Shown: positions 38,879 through 49,796 of the stretch, piece by piece
How positions within the stretch are numbered: position 1 is the stretch's first letter
Layout of the letters: every line of letters begins with the position of its first letter
Virus record (IMG/VR): IMGVR_UViG_3300028738_000008
Source of the DNA: a virus
Lineage: Duplodnaviria; Caudoviricetes
Length of the DNA: 64,000 bases
Reading direction: 5' to 3' (one strand)
Translations under genes and position numbers: made by a program
Notes under the pieces: model-generated
Seen by the model: only the letters and a program-made list of their open reading frames with translations
Told to the model about the DNA's origin: nothing
Databases searched by the model: none

Positions 38879-40375
38879 TCAATATGACCATTTAAAGCCA
38901 TTCATTGTTTTATTATCTTTACACCATCTTGATATTGTAGACTGATTAACACCCTCAGACTTAGAAGCTATTAATGTGGACTCATATGTATTTATTATGA
39001 TGTTATTTAGATTTCTTTTGTAAACTGTTTTACATAATACTTCCTTCTGTTTATCAGATATACCATTTTTTAATTTAGTTTGACTTATTTTATCCTTTGT
39101 GGTCTGATCTCTTTCTTTACCGAGCCAGAATTTTGGAGAATTTATGCTCAATTCTGTTTTTTCATCATCTGTCTTTGCTTTGCCGTATTTTTTTGCGTTA
39201 TCAGACCCAGCAAGAGATATTCGCTTATTTATCCATTCAGTGCTTTGCTTAATTCCTAAATGTGATCTTGACATTTTCTCAAGAGTTTCTGTAGATGGAA
39301 TTGAATTACATCCGCCAGATTCTATGTTATATCCAAATTTTCGATCATTTGATTTATATTTCGAAATGTAATAGATTTCTTTTTCATTTAGTTCGGTTAT
39401 ATTTGTGGCACTATCAATCATGGTGAATTCAAATGCATCCCAGCCATATTTATTAAATGAGTTTAATAAATATTGATTATAAAATGCACCTTTATTATAT
39501 GCACTTTTATACTCCCATATTCTTTTATTAAGTGTTCGAGTTGTTTGACCTATATAGATTTTACCGTTTAATGCATTAGTTATTTTATATATATAACCAA
39601 AAATAACCATATTATTCTCATTCAATCTGATAACGTATCGTAATTTACCACAGTTCCACACCCTTTTAGAATCATCCCTTATCATACTTTTTTGTATGTC
39701 GCTAATTTCATTGTTTCTAAAAAATTTAGTGCCGTAAGTAAATTTATGATATAAAATATTTGAACTTTTTAATAAAATCTTGTAATCTGGTTGAATAACT
39801 TTATTCAGATAAAAATTATTTGAATCATATATATTTTTATCTTTATTTGTATAATTTAGATCGGCGTATGATGTTATTTTTAATGGCTTATAATCGTTTA
39901 TGAATTGTTTTAAAATCTTAGAAAAAACTCCAACGACAATATGTCCTAAACTTATCGAAAATCTTGACAAATCAAATTCATTATCATTTTGTTTGCCGTT
40001 CATTTTTGATTTATTATCGAAAGTCATGACAGCAATCAGCTCCTCATTTTTATAAGCACCGTAAAAAATTTGAGACTTATCAGTTCCTTGTATGTGATTT
40101 ACATTTAAAAAATCATTTTTTACAGTATTTTCAATGTGTCGTATTTTACATTCTCTAGCATTAATTCTTATTTGATCTCTAAAATTCAACTTATTTATCT
40201 TATCTTTTATGATGTTTTTATGATGTTTTAAATCATGATAATTATAAATTATACAGTTTTCATAAGATGTTAAATAATTTTCTTTAATTTTTTTTAAATC
40301 CCCTCTGTTCATCGTGATCATATCATCGATGCTTAGAAATAGGATTATAGTTTTATTATAAACCAGATTCCTCAT
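38879..40375 (-). mobile_element. Chimeric homing endonuclease: Hef-like/GNAT-like N-half fused to GIY-YIG
   Basis: INARECKI...NHIQG...AVMTF...LSRF...SYAD...VWNCGKLRY, then GYIYKITNALNGKIYIGQT and NUMOD-like repeats. Confidence 0.75.
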
Positions 40376-40727
40376 ATATTCTATGTATTAGCGTTTGTGA
40401 TCTTTTTGAGGGTGCTTTTGTTAAAAATGCTGAATATCTTGACTCATTATAATTGATATCAAAATCATATTGATTTTTTGTAATATCTATGATTGTGCCA
40501 TCAAGTTTATTTTTTAAAAACCAGTGAGTATCGTTATTTATTTTTAATATTGATGGACAATAAATTTCCTTTTCGTCATCATCTAATAAATGATATAACG
40601 TTTCAGTTGCAACATAACAGTGACCTGTATATTTGTTTCTGAATGGCATTTTTCTGTATTTAGGCTTTAATAAGCTGTCATCCAGATTTTCGATTATTAA
40701 TTTAATTAATTCTTTCATATTTTTCAC
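40356..40727 (-). CDS. Small protein with putative Cys-His-Asp (transglutaminase/papain-like) triad
   Basis: GHCYVATETLYHLL...THWFLK...IIDIT...QY. Confidence 0.5.
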   Translation of the reverse strand: MKNMKELIKLIIENLDDSLLKPKYRKMPFRNKYTGHCYVATETLYHLLDDDEKEIYCPSILKINNDTHWFLKNKLDGTIIDITKNQYDFDINYNESRYSAFLTKAPSKRSQTLIHRIYEESGL

Positions 40728-40757
40728 GCATCTTATTTACTAATGCGATGCAAAGAT

Positions 40758-40792
40758 AAAAAAAAGGACTCACAAATGCAAGTCCTTTTTTA
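40758..40792 (-). terminator. Intrinsic terminator downstream of MCP
   Basis: aaaaaaaggact...agtcctttttt hairpin flanked by A/T runs. Confidence 0.75.
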
Positions 40793-40805
40793 AATATATT
40801 TACGA

Positions 40806-42449
40806 CTAGTTTAAATCGCCGATTCCGAATGTCTGTAGACCATCGCAGAAGATTCTACCGAAGTAACGGTTAAGAACCATTTTCTTAGCATAACGAGTGA
40901 TGATACCACGTATTGGTGTGAAATCAAAAGGGTTATACATTACAGGTGTTAACTGCATGGGAACGTAGGGAGCATAAATGTAACCGGTTTCTAGGATACT
41001 TGTTCCTTTGTGACCGATAAGGATCGTGTTTGCTGGTGCATATGGGTCACGATACACAAGGTAACGTGCTGATAATGTACCTACTTTTTCGATACCCATG
41101 TTATATTTATCCTGTTCTGGGTCTGCATTAGACACGTGGAAATACTCTAAGTCATCCATTACGGCACTAACTTCTGGAGAAACAACGATCCAAGATGCGC
41201 CACCACGAAGGGTAGATTTGTGAATCTGAGCACTGATCTGGTTGATCTTGGTTAACAAGGTCTGATTCCAGTCTTTCTGTGTACCCATGTAGGCAGTAGT
41301 CTGACGTCTAAGACCGTTATAGTCCCAACGTGCTGTCCAAGCTGCACCTCTACGTAAGTCACGTAAGATTTCTCTGTCGATTTCAGCTGCCATTTGTTCT
41401 GACAATAAAGCAGTCAATTCAGCTTCTGCATCGATGTTGTGGAATGCGCTAACGTCCTGTGCAAGTTCTGGAGTCCACTGTGATCTCATTTTACGAGTTT
41501 CAACAGAAACAGTTACCTGATCAAGAACGAAAGTTACCTCAGCCATGTGAGAATCTTCTTCAAGATCGCTGTATGTTCTGTAAGTATAGTTGAAAGTTAC
41601 GCCAGAAGTTGCAGCTGATAATGGTTGGTAACCATCTGCGCCTGGGTATGTTAGGTCAACGATCAATTCAATAACGCCAGCTGTATTGACAATTGCTTGT
41701 CCGTATTTCTGAACCTTAACATTGAAAGGAAGAGTTGCTCCAGCAAGAATGCTTTCAGTTGCAAAAGCAGCTGGTGCATTGAAGGCTGTGTTGGAAGTGA
41801 TTTTCAAACCTGCAAGGAATGATTCAGTATCCTGAGCAGCACCCTTAGGCCCGATCAATTTACCTTGTTCTGTTGCAGTGAAACCACTGAATTTTACACT
41901 TACATACTTGTCACCAACAACATATGTTGAAACAGTTGTACCTGTGTTAGTGGTAATTTCCCCTTTAGAGTTGTCGAACAATGAAGTTCCTTCGTCGTTG
42001 TAGCTCTGAGCATAGAATGCATCATACAATGAACGTGATTCGTACTGAGTACCAGCATCTGGTTGATTGTCAGCAGCATTTCCATAAGCACCACGAGGGG
42101 CCGTATGAGGAGCAGTACTAGTTTTAGGGTTGATGTAATACAATTTACCGATAGGTAAATTCAACGCCTGAACACTAACGATATCGTTGGCAAGCAATTT
42201 TGCGAATACCCTACGAATTACAGGGAACGCAACAGTCTCAAACTGACCTGATGATGCTGAATCGGTTGATTCATTGATCATATAAGATAACTGGTTTTCG
42301 AAAAGCTGTGCGCAGTTTTCTTTTACATGTCCGTCAAGACCTTTAAGCAAACCGATTTTTTCCCAACGGTTTGTAGTTATTTCTCTTTGTTCACGAAGTT
42401 GTTTAAGACCAATGTTTCCTACTTCGTTACTTTCTGTTAAAAATCCCAT
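40806..42449 (-). CDS. Major capsid protein (T4 gp23-like)
   Basis: RRVFAKLLANDIVSVQAL, TRKMRSQWTPELAQD, AEAELTALLSEQMAAEIDREI, YAPYVP, TRYAK motifs. Confidence 0.97.
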   Translation of the reverse strand: MGFLTESNEVGNIGLKQLREQREITTNRWEKIGLLKGLDGHVKENCAQLFENQLSYMINESTDSASSGQFETVAFPVIRRVFAKLLANDIVSVQALNLPIGKLYYINPKTSTAPHTAPRGAYGNAADNQPDAGTQYESRSLYDAFYAQSYNDEGTSLFDNSKGEITTNTGTTVSTYVVGDKYVSVKFSGFTATEQGKLIGPKGAAQDTESFLAGLKITSNTAFNAPAAFATESILAGATLPFNVKVQKYGQAIVNTAGVIELIVDLTYPGADGYQPLSAATSGVTFNYTYRTYSDLEEDSHMAEVTFVLDQVTVSVETRKMRSQWTPELAQDVSAFHNIDAEAELTALLSEQMAAEIDREILRDLRRGAAWTARWDYNGLRRQTTAYMGTQKDWNQTLLTKINQISAQIHKSTLRGGASWIVVSPEVSAVMDDLEYFHVSNADPEQDKYNMGIEKVGTLSARYLVYRDPYAPANTILIGHKGTSILETGYIYAPYVPMQLTPVMYNPFDFTPIRGIITRYAKKMVLNRYFGRIFCDGLQTFGIGDLN

Positions 42450-42492
42450 AGTTTTTTTAATTTTTATTCTTTATTTCTTATGTTTGCCTAAA

Positions 42493-43836
42493 TTATCTTT
42501 TTTCAACGTAGTCAATAACCTTCTGCATTCTTCTCATGTGCTCGTTATTGATGTAAGTAGTTTTTTCGCTCACTTCATCTAATTTTTGTTTTGAAGACGG
42601 CTGTATAGAGGCTGATACTTTCGCTTCAAGACTTTCAGTGATAGGTTTCTTTCCTTTTTTCATTTCTGAAATAACGGATTTGTACTTATTCTGTGATTCG
42701 GTGATATCATTAATGTTTTTGAATTCATTAATAACTTTTAATTTTTCTTGTTGAGTCAATGCTAATTCTTCATTTATCAAGATATTGTTAACATGTGCAA
42801 GGTTGGTATTAAATACAGCCATTTCTTTTAACTGAGTTCTGTATTTTCCCAAGGCAGTTTTGTATTTGTCGATAATTGCCGTAGCTTCTTCGTTCAACTT
42901 AATAGTAGCATTCAATTTCTTGGTTACTGCTTTGTTTTCGTTGATAAGTCCAGCTACTTTCTTTTTAGACTCTTGCATAAAGGCTGGAGACTGATCCTTT
43001 TCGCCTGCGCTAAGATATTCATTGTTTGGGGTATGTCTGCCAGTGTTGTTACGTCTAGCAGTATAAGACAAACCATGAGATTCATCAACTTCGGGTTCAT
43101 TTGAAAATTCTTCTTCCTGTAATGCACTGTCGATTTCGTCGTCAGATGGAAGTTCGATTTCATATACAGAATCAAGACCTTCTTCCGCACCTGCTTCTGT
43201 TGAATCGTCAAATGATGTTTCTGCACCTGCTTCTGTGTCACCTGTGACATCAGTTTCTGGTTCAGTACCTTCAAGACCCATTGCAGCTATAATGCTATCC
43301 AATTTATTTCTTAATTCGATTAATTCGTTTCCAACACTTTCGTCGTCGCCAACTTCTTCGCCTGCGGCTTTTTCACCTGCTTCTTCACCTTCTGGTTCAT
43401 TGCCTTCAATTCCGCCATCTGGAGCTTCTTCGCCTGTGTCGCTCATGTTATCAAATTCTGATAATTCCCTTTCAATGTCTTCCATTGTCAGAGACATGCC
43501 ACCAGCATTTGCGTCACCTTCTGTTTGATCAAATTCTTCTTTGATTACATCCTTTGCTGGGATGTCTTTACCTTTAACTTTTTTCTCGGTCTCTTTGGTT
43601 TTCATAACAGAATCTTTGTTTTTTTTATCGTCCGATTCTTCGGACTCTTTATTTTTGTCAACATCATCCTTGTCGGATTCTTCTGTTGATTTTTTATTTT
43701 TCTTAAATTCTTCCTTGATCAATTCGCTGATCTTAGCAGGGTATTCTTCAGCCAACAAATTTTTAGCTCTTGCCGTAGCAGCTTCTTTCAATTGGTTGTA
43801 CTCTATTAAGGCTTCTTTTAATTTATTCTTTTCCAT
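42493..43836 (-). CDS. Prohead core scaffold protein (gp22-like)
   Basis: Acidic/coiled-coil, many L/I-x-E sites, between protease and MCP. Confidence 0.8.
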   Translation of the reverse strand: MEKNKLKEALIEYNQLKEAATARAKNLLAEEYPAKISELIKEEFKKNKKSTEESDKDDVDKNKESEESDDKKNKDSVMKTKETEKKVKGKDIPAKDVIKEEFDQTEGDANAGGMSLTMEDIERELSEFDNMSDTGEEAPDGGIEGNEPEGEEAGEKAAGEEVGDDESVGNELIELRNKLDSIIAAMGLEGTEPETDVTGDTEAGAETSFDDSTEAGAEEGLDSVYEIELPSDDEIDSALQEEEFSNEPEVDESHGLSYTARRNNTGRHTPNNEYLSAGEKDQSPAFMQESKKKVAGLINENKAVTKKLNATIKLNEEATAIIDKYKTALGKYRTQLKEMAVFNTNLAHVNNILINEELALTQQEKLKVINEFKNINDITESQNKYKSVISEMKKGKKPITESLEAKVSASIQPSSKQKLDEVSEKTTYINNEHMRRMQKVIDYVEKR

Positions 43837-43921
43837 ATTAATAATCGTAATTAATTTAATATTTTACTAATAAATACATTTCATTTGTAAAAAAGTATAT
43901 ATTTTTAATAAAATAATTTAT

Positions 43922-44602
43922 TTATAGTAAAAATTTATCGAGTGCATTTAACATCTTATCCTCGCTCTCACTCAGCTTTTTAGTTGCAACAATTGGTTTT
44001 TCACCGTTATCTGGAAACAAAAAGGCCCCAGGCGTACTAGGTGAACTAACTAAGTCAAAGCTAATTAGCTCGAAATCGTCTTGCACATAATTCTCGCCTC
44101 TGATCTCTTTTAATGTTCCAACGCCTCTAGAAGAAATCCCTAATTTGATCTTATTCATAATGTATAAAAGTATCTTATCGCCTATAACAGATACAACGCC
44201 ACTTCTTATGAAACCTGGGCTGACGATCAATTTTAGCTTACCATATAAAGTATTTTCGTTATCATCAGTGCCCCACCACATCTTTGTGATCATATGTGAT
44301 ATGTTTTGTAATGATATAACAGAACTATCTGGATGGTCTGTTTCGCCCATAGCCTGATTGTTATCTACCAGCTTTTGGTATTCCAAAATTTGCGGCAATA
44401 ACACTTCCTTGGAATATATTCTACCGTTCTTATTTTTTACACCCCATTTCTGCAAAATACACGTAATCATCACTGGTTCATTTTCTTTAAACTGAAAACT
44501 TTCCGTAATGAGTTCTTGATTTAGTTCTGCTGATATGTAGCCTGAATCAGATTCAATCAATATCCCGAATCCACACTCGCCTTTTTTTAATATATTGCTC
44601 AT
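43922..44602 (-). CDS. Prohead maturation protease (gp21-like)
   Basis: KNKNGRIYS, GETDHPD, GISSRGVGT, FDLVSSPSTPGA motifs. Confidence 0.95.
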   Translation of the reverse strand: MSNILKKGECGFGILIESDSGYISAELNQELITESFQFKENEPVMITCILQKWGVKNKNGRIYSKEVLLPQILEYQKLVDNNQAMGETDHPDSSVISLQNISHMITKMWWGTDDNENTLYGKLKLIVSPGFIRSGVVSVIGDKILLYIMNKIKLGISSRGVGTLKEIRGENYVQDDFELISFDLVSSPSTPGAFLFPDNGEKPIVATKKLSESEDKMLNALDKFLL

Positions 44603-44688
44603 CTAATGTGTTATTTTCTATATAAATAGTTGAGATTAAATATAAAGTAGTATTTTTGTTTATTAACTATTTATTTTAAACTTATACA

Positions 44689-47600
44689 ATGGCTGTCAAT
44701 TTAATCGATCCTAATGAAATAAATAATGAGAATGTTATTAATGGTGCTCCACAGTATCAAGACATGCATATTTTCGCCAAATTAACAGCCACTGCAAAGG
44801 ATAGAACTGTTATAACTATTAATGGCAACTCTGCCAAAGTGAAGACAGAAAGTGGATCAGATTTTGAAACCAATTTTCTAGGTGGAAATAAGAACCTTGA
44901 CTTTACCACAAATTGGTATGACGGAAGTACACCGAATACTCAGGAAGCATTTGGTATTACGTCTATAAAAACTGTTATTAATTCGTCCTTCATACCGCAG
45001 GTGAATATCAAATTTGCTGACATTCGAGGATTATCATTCTTTAATAATGCCGAATCACCATATAGAATATTATTTGACTTTCCGCCTCCAACATTTGAGC
45101 TGACCATAAAAGGATTTTATGGAAAGGCTCTTACATATAAATTACATTTAGTTAAATATACTAGTGAGTTTCAGTCAGAAACTGGCAACTTTGTTATTGA
45201 TGCAGACTTTGTAGCTATGACTTATGCACCATTAAGCGATGTCTTGCTTCAATATTCGGCTCATACAGCATTTATAGGTAAAGGCGAAACGCTTAGCACC
45301 AATGTTGGTGTTAGACCTACTAATACGCTTGATCTTATCGAAAAGATTAAGAATTTGTATTCGGTTTTACCAAACAAAATAAAAAATGATGTTAACAGTG
45401 GCGTATTAACAAAGTCAATTACAGGTATTGAAAATAATTCAGAAGCCTTTACATTCCTTTCGTCATTCAAAGAAGACGAATACTTAAGAGTAGGTAGTCC
45501 TGAGATATATACACTGACAACCGATGCCGCTAAGACAGATAATGAGCAATTGGTACTAATTCCATCCTTTAACAGCTATAGAAGCAAATATAAGGACTAT
45601 AATTATGTCACTAAGAATTCACCAAAGCCAGCCTTATTAATAGGATTTGAAACAGGTGTTTTGGCTGGAACTACAACTATTACCCCAACGCAAGTTTTTA
45701 CAACTGTAACTGACAGCACTACCAATATGTTGATAAATGCTTTGAAGAATTATACTACAGAAGTTATTAAAAGGTTTGATCTTTTATTCTCTGGCGATGC
45801 TCTATCTTTTACAGGTACTATAAAATCGCCTAAAATAATTAACAATATGAGCAGAAACGGCAATAGAATCGTTGAATATGTTTGTATTGATATTACTGAT
45901 ATGTATAACTTATTGCGTAGCCAAAGTGCTAAGTCCACAAATTCAAAAAATAAAGCTAGCGATGACTTAACTACGAATATAAATAAAATGGTATATGACA
46001 TTCTGGGTATGAACCCTACCATATATAATATATTCGAAATATTGTTAGATGATGTTGACACATTTTTCGATGCTCTAAGATATACCGCAAATAAGGCACA
46101 GAATGAACATACTATTGATAAGGGTTTATTTGTAGCTGATAAGGCGTATACTAATGGAGAGCAGCAGAATACAGATGTAATCTATTCGTTTCCATTGATT
46201 ATCGAAAACAATAAAAGAGAGTCGCCTATAGACCTGCGTGAGAGAATGGGTATTAAATTTCCAGAATTAGACTTTATTGACGATTATATTGCAACTTACT
46301 TAAAATATAAGAAAGAGCTAAAAAAATTACACAGTAAAGATAATGCAAATACAAACGGCGACAATGTTTGGATTCCATTCACGCCAGCCGATTCAGTGTT
46401 TGCCACCAGTCATTCAACTGGCAGTATGACACCATATGATAATCCTAGGGATGCTGGCTATACATATGGTAAACTAATTGAAAGATATAACGTATTGACT
46501 AATACTGTACGCAATGCTGTTCTTAACAACGAATTATATACGCAAATGTATAGTAATTCTGAGGCTATTAATTTAGCAAATTCAATTCAGGATTCTGTTG
46601 TTGTTGATATGATGATCACTCAATCAGATAAATACGCTTCGGATATCAGTTCTTTTCTAACATATGCAAAAAATGAATTATCATCACTATATAATTTCGA
46701 GGACGCATCAGCCAATTTAAATGGCGTTGATTTTTATACGTCACGCGAAAATGATAACTACGTCGGGTTTGAGATTAATAATAAGCTAGACATAACGCCA
46801 AAATCTGACGTAACAGACGAAAGCGATCCATTAAATGCTGCCATAAAGAAAATGAGACCGCCAGTATGGGCATTCATTGATACAGACTATTATGGAAAGA
46901 AATACTTTTACTCAAAGGAAAATGTTTTAGTTATTAAAGACACTAATAATACGCCTGACATGCCTTTCACCGCTACAAAATTCTTGTGTGGACATGGTGA
47001 CGCAACATCGCACACAATTGATCAATTGTTTAACAGTGGAAATATTCTATACGACTCATTGGTAGACAAGGTTACTGCCTTTGAGTTGAAAAATGCAGGC
47101 GACTTTATAGACATATGGTCAACATTTTTGGGCGCACATGCTAAAACGTTATTTGACACTTATGGCATGACAACATTGAATGATCCAGAAATGTTATCTT
47201 TATTTTATTTGTCCAGCTTTGGAAATACATGCTCAATGTTTAACAAAGCACCAAATTATCTTAATGAGTCAACATTTTCATTTGCATCTATTGTGGAAAT
47301 GCCAGAATTTATGCCAGCATACATTGGAGCAATATTGAGGGTATCATCATCGTCATTTAAAGTTGATGCAATGAAAGAATTATTTAGTAATATAGCTAAT
47401 GTGCATTTATTTGCTGATATGCATGACTGTAACAAATATTTGAGCAAGAATGATAAAGCCGCATTTATTGCGCAATATAACGATTTTATGGCTAGCCGTT
47501 TTCCACAGCTAAGACTTGCGATGGCTAATATGTATACAGTTGCTTTAAATAGAGACGTACTTAATCGTACTAAATATTACGAAGAAGCTATTACTAGCGC

Positions 47601-49764
47601 AGGTATTGATAAATTGATGATGAATAGGATTTATCTGATAAATTATAACGAGATTACATTTAAAATGACTCCAGATAATGACAAGTATACATCATTAGCT
47701 ACTATTGTAACATCACCAGCCTCAAACAAAGCTGTCGGCGACTTCTTCACAACCTTCTTTAAAAAACTTGGCAGTGAATTGAGATTTAGAAAGAAAGCAA
47801 TTGTTGACGATGATAATGCCTTTAAAAGCATGTCACAGGATAAGGATGTTATAAATCAAATGTATTATTCATTTAAAAATATAAATGATAAATGGATTTC
47901 AGGAACAAGCCCAACAATTATAGGTTATCCATTTAATTTAAGTGGAAATAGGCTTATTGATATGTTTGCGTTTGTTGATCGTAGCATGAATCCTATTGGC
48001 GACACAATGATAAATCCTGAAATGCTTGTTAATTTGTTTGAGAGTGATGAAACAAGTATATTCACAGTTCTAAGTACACTATTATCTGTCAACGGATTCG
48101 AATTCTTTCCAATTCAGAATTTTATGACCGTAAAAGGCTCTGAGAATTGGAAAGACTGTTTTAGAATTAACACAGGTACAATTATAAATACCAGTCCAAT
48201 GTATGTCTGCATGTATGTCGGCGGTTCGTCAAATTATCTGTCAAATAGTAACAACAATTACTTTAATGACGGTATTGAAAACTTGGACAAGGAATCACAG
48301 GTCTTTAACGACAAAGCATTTATTTTTGAGAGTGCTGGCGAAAACCTGAATCAAATGAACAATAAAAATGTAGACTGGAGCAATGTGAATGCGTTCAAGA
48401 TTAAATTCGGTGCGCAGAATCAAAGCATGTTTAAAGACATTAAAATTGATAGCAAAGAATTCCCTGAAACAAATGAATCATTGCAAATTTTATCAAGATT
48501 AGCTGGAGACAATTCTAAACAAGCACCGACGCCAAAAGGTCAGAATCTTTTCAATCTTTATGAGAATAGAGCATATAAGGCTACAGTAACAGGACTTGGA
48601 AATGCAATGATTCAACCGACACAGTATTTTCAATTGGAAAACGTTCCCATGTATAATGGCGTGTATTTGATATTGGGCGTTGAGCATAACATCAGTGAAA
48701 ACCATATGACAACCTCTTTCAATGGTACAAAGATATTGAAATATCCTATACCAAGAGTAATCGAGTCATCAGTAGCATTCGGATACGGCGGAAGTAGTTC
48801 GCATGTGTCAAATAATGACGATAACACAGTGGCAGAGATAAAGACTCCAATCGGAGATATGGGTAGGGTTAAATCAATGTATGAACATAAGATCGGTGGG
48901 GCATTTGTTAAATTGACAAGCAAAGGTGAAGACTTTATTAAATCAGTGTGTGCAAGTTATCATCACAATGAATTATTCTCAAAAACCGCTTATTATAATG
49001 GTATACAGAGAACATGGGTAGCAACGCCGTCATACACACACCGAACAATGGACGCAAATGGTAATGTACTTTCAGAAACTCCTAATGTTGTAATGACAAA
49101 TAGCAATTATGCTGAGGCAATTATCTCGATGATTAATTACTATTCAGCTAAATATAATTTGAATGCAAACATTATAGCGGCTGAGGAATATAAAGAATCT
49201 GGATATAGAACTGCAAACTATTCGTATAATAAAGACAGAACGGTTGCAGCTATGGGCATGTCACAATTTATAACTGAAACAGCTATACGTGCTATATTAA
49301 AATCATCTGAATTTACATCAACCGAAAAGAATAGCTTACTTAAAGGCATGAGTACTAATGATACAGCTATGCTTTTAAGTCCATTTAAGAGTAATTCTGA
49401 AATTAAGTACGAAAGAAATATCATGAAATCCGACACCAATTTGCCTATATTCATGCAAAACGTATTTGATAATCCAGAAATAATGATAAAAGCTCACTGT
49501 TCACTAATTGAATCGATTGAGAGACAGTGTAATGGACTTGCATCTAGTAGTATCTTCTGTTATTATCATGGATCACATTATGCAAAAAACTATGCCGCCA
49601 CAATCGAAAGAGCTAGGATGAATGGCATAAGTGAGGCGGATATATCTACAGGTGTAAAATATGTATATGGTATTTTTGATACGTTGAATAAGTCGTTCTA
49701 TGCAGCAAACATTCTGAAAATGGACGAGCTAGCCTTGGACGATCATAGTACACATTTAGCATAA
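44689..49764 (+). CDS. Large baseplate hub protein with C-terminal lytic transglycosylase-like domain
   Basis: FGITSIK...PQVNIKFADIRG...PPPTFELTIKGFYG; YKATVTGLGNAMIQPTQYF hub motif; IIAAEEYKESGY...AMGMSQF SLT motif. Confidence 0.75.
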   Translation: MAVNLIDPNEINNENVINGAPQYQDMHIFAKLTATAKDRTVITINGNSAKVKTESGSDFETNFLGGNKNLDFTTNWYDGSTPNTQEAFGITSIKTVINSSFIPQVNIKFADIRGLSFFNNAESPYRILFDFPPPTFELTIKGFYGKALTYKLHLVKYTSEFQSETGNFVIDADFVAMTYAPLSDVLLQYSAHTAFIGKGETLSTNVGVRPTNTLDLIEKIKNLYSVLPNKIKNDVNSGVLTKSITGIENNSEAFTFLSSFKEDEYLRVGSPEIYTLTTDAAKTDNEQLVLIPSFNSYRSKYKDYNYVTKNSPKPALLIGFETGVLAGTTTITPTQVFTTVTDSTTNMLINALKNYTTEVIKRFDLLFSGDALSFTGTIKSPKIINNMSRNGNRIVEYVCIDITDMYNLLRSQSAKSTNSKNKASDDLTTNINKMVYDILGMNPTIYNIFEILLDDVDTFFDALRYTANKAQNEHTIDKGLFVADKAYTNGEQQNTDVIYSFPLIIENNKRESPIDLRERMGIKFPELDFIDDYIATYLKYKKELKKLHSKDNANTNGDNVWIPFTPADSVFATSHSTGSMTPYDNPRDAGYTYGKLIERYNVLTNTVRNAVLNNELYTQMYSNSEAINLANSIQDSVVVDMMITQSDKYASDISSFLTYAKNELSSLYNFEDASANLNGVDFYTSRENDNYVGFEINNKLDITPKSDVTDESDPLNAAIKKMRPPVWAFIDTDYYGKKYFYSKENVLVIKDTNNTPDMPFTATKFLCGHGDATSHTIDQLFNSGNILYDSLVDKVTAFELKNAGDFIDIWSTFLGAHAKTLFDTYGMTTLNDPEMLSLFYLSSFGNTCSMFNKAPNYLNESTFSFASIVEMPEFMPAYIGAILRVSSSSFKVDAMKELFSNIANVHLFADMHDCNKYLSKNDKAAFIAQYNDFMASRFPQLRLAMANMYTVALNRDVLNRTKYYEEAITSAGIDKLMMNRIYLINYNEITFKMTPDNDKYTSLATIVTSPASNKAVGDFFTTFFKKLGSELRFRKKAIVDDDNAFKSMSQDKDVINQMYYSFKNINDKWISGTSPTIIGYPFNLSGNRLIDMFAFVDRSMNPIGDTMINPEMLVNLFESDETSIFTVLSTLLSVNGFEFFPIQNFMTVKGSENWKDCFRINTGTIINTSPMYVCMYVGGSSNYLSNSNNNYFNDGIENLDKESQVFNDKAFIFESAGENLNQMNNKNVDWSNVNAFKIKFGAQNQSMFKDIKIDSKEFPETNESLQILSRLAGDNSKQAPTPKGQNLFNLYENRAYKATVTGLGNAMIQPTQYFQLENVPMYNGVYLILGVEHNISENHMTTSFNGTKILKYPIPRVIESSVAFGYGGSSSHVSNNDDNTVAEIKTPIGDMGRVKSMYEHKIGGAFVKLTSKGEDFIKSVCASYHHNELFSKTAYYNGIQRTWVATPSYTHRTMDANGNVLSETPNVVMTNSNYAEAIISMINYYSAKYNLNANIIAAEEYKESGYRTANYSYNKDRTVAAMGMSQFITETAIRAILKSSEFTSTEKNSLLKGMSTNDTAMLLSPFKSNSEIKYERNIMKSDTNLPIFMQNVFDNPEIMIKAHCSLIESIERQCNGLASSSIFCYYHGSHYAKNYAATIERARMNGISEADISTGVKYVYGIFDTLNKSFYAANILKMDELALDDHSTHLA

Positions 49765-49796
49765 AAAAAGCCTCTGAAATTCAGAGGCTTTTTTTT
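49763..49796. terminator. Bidirectional intrinsic terminator
   Basis: A7-gcctctga-aat-tcagaggc-T8 between convergent genes. Confidence 0.9.
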
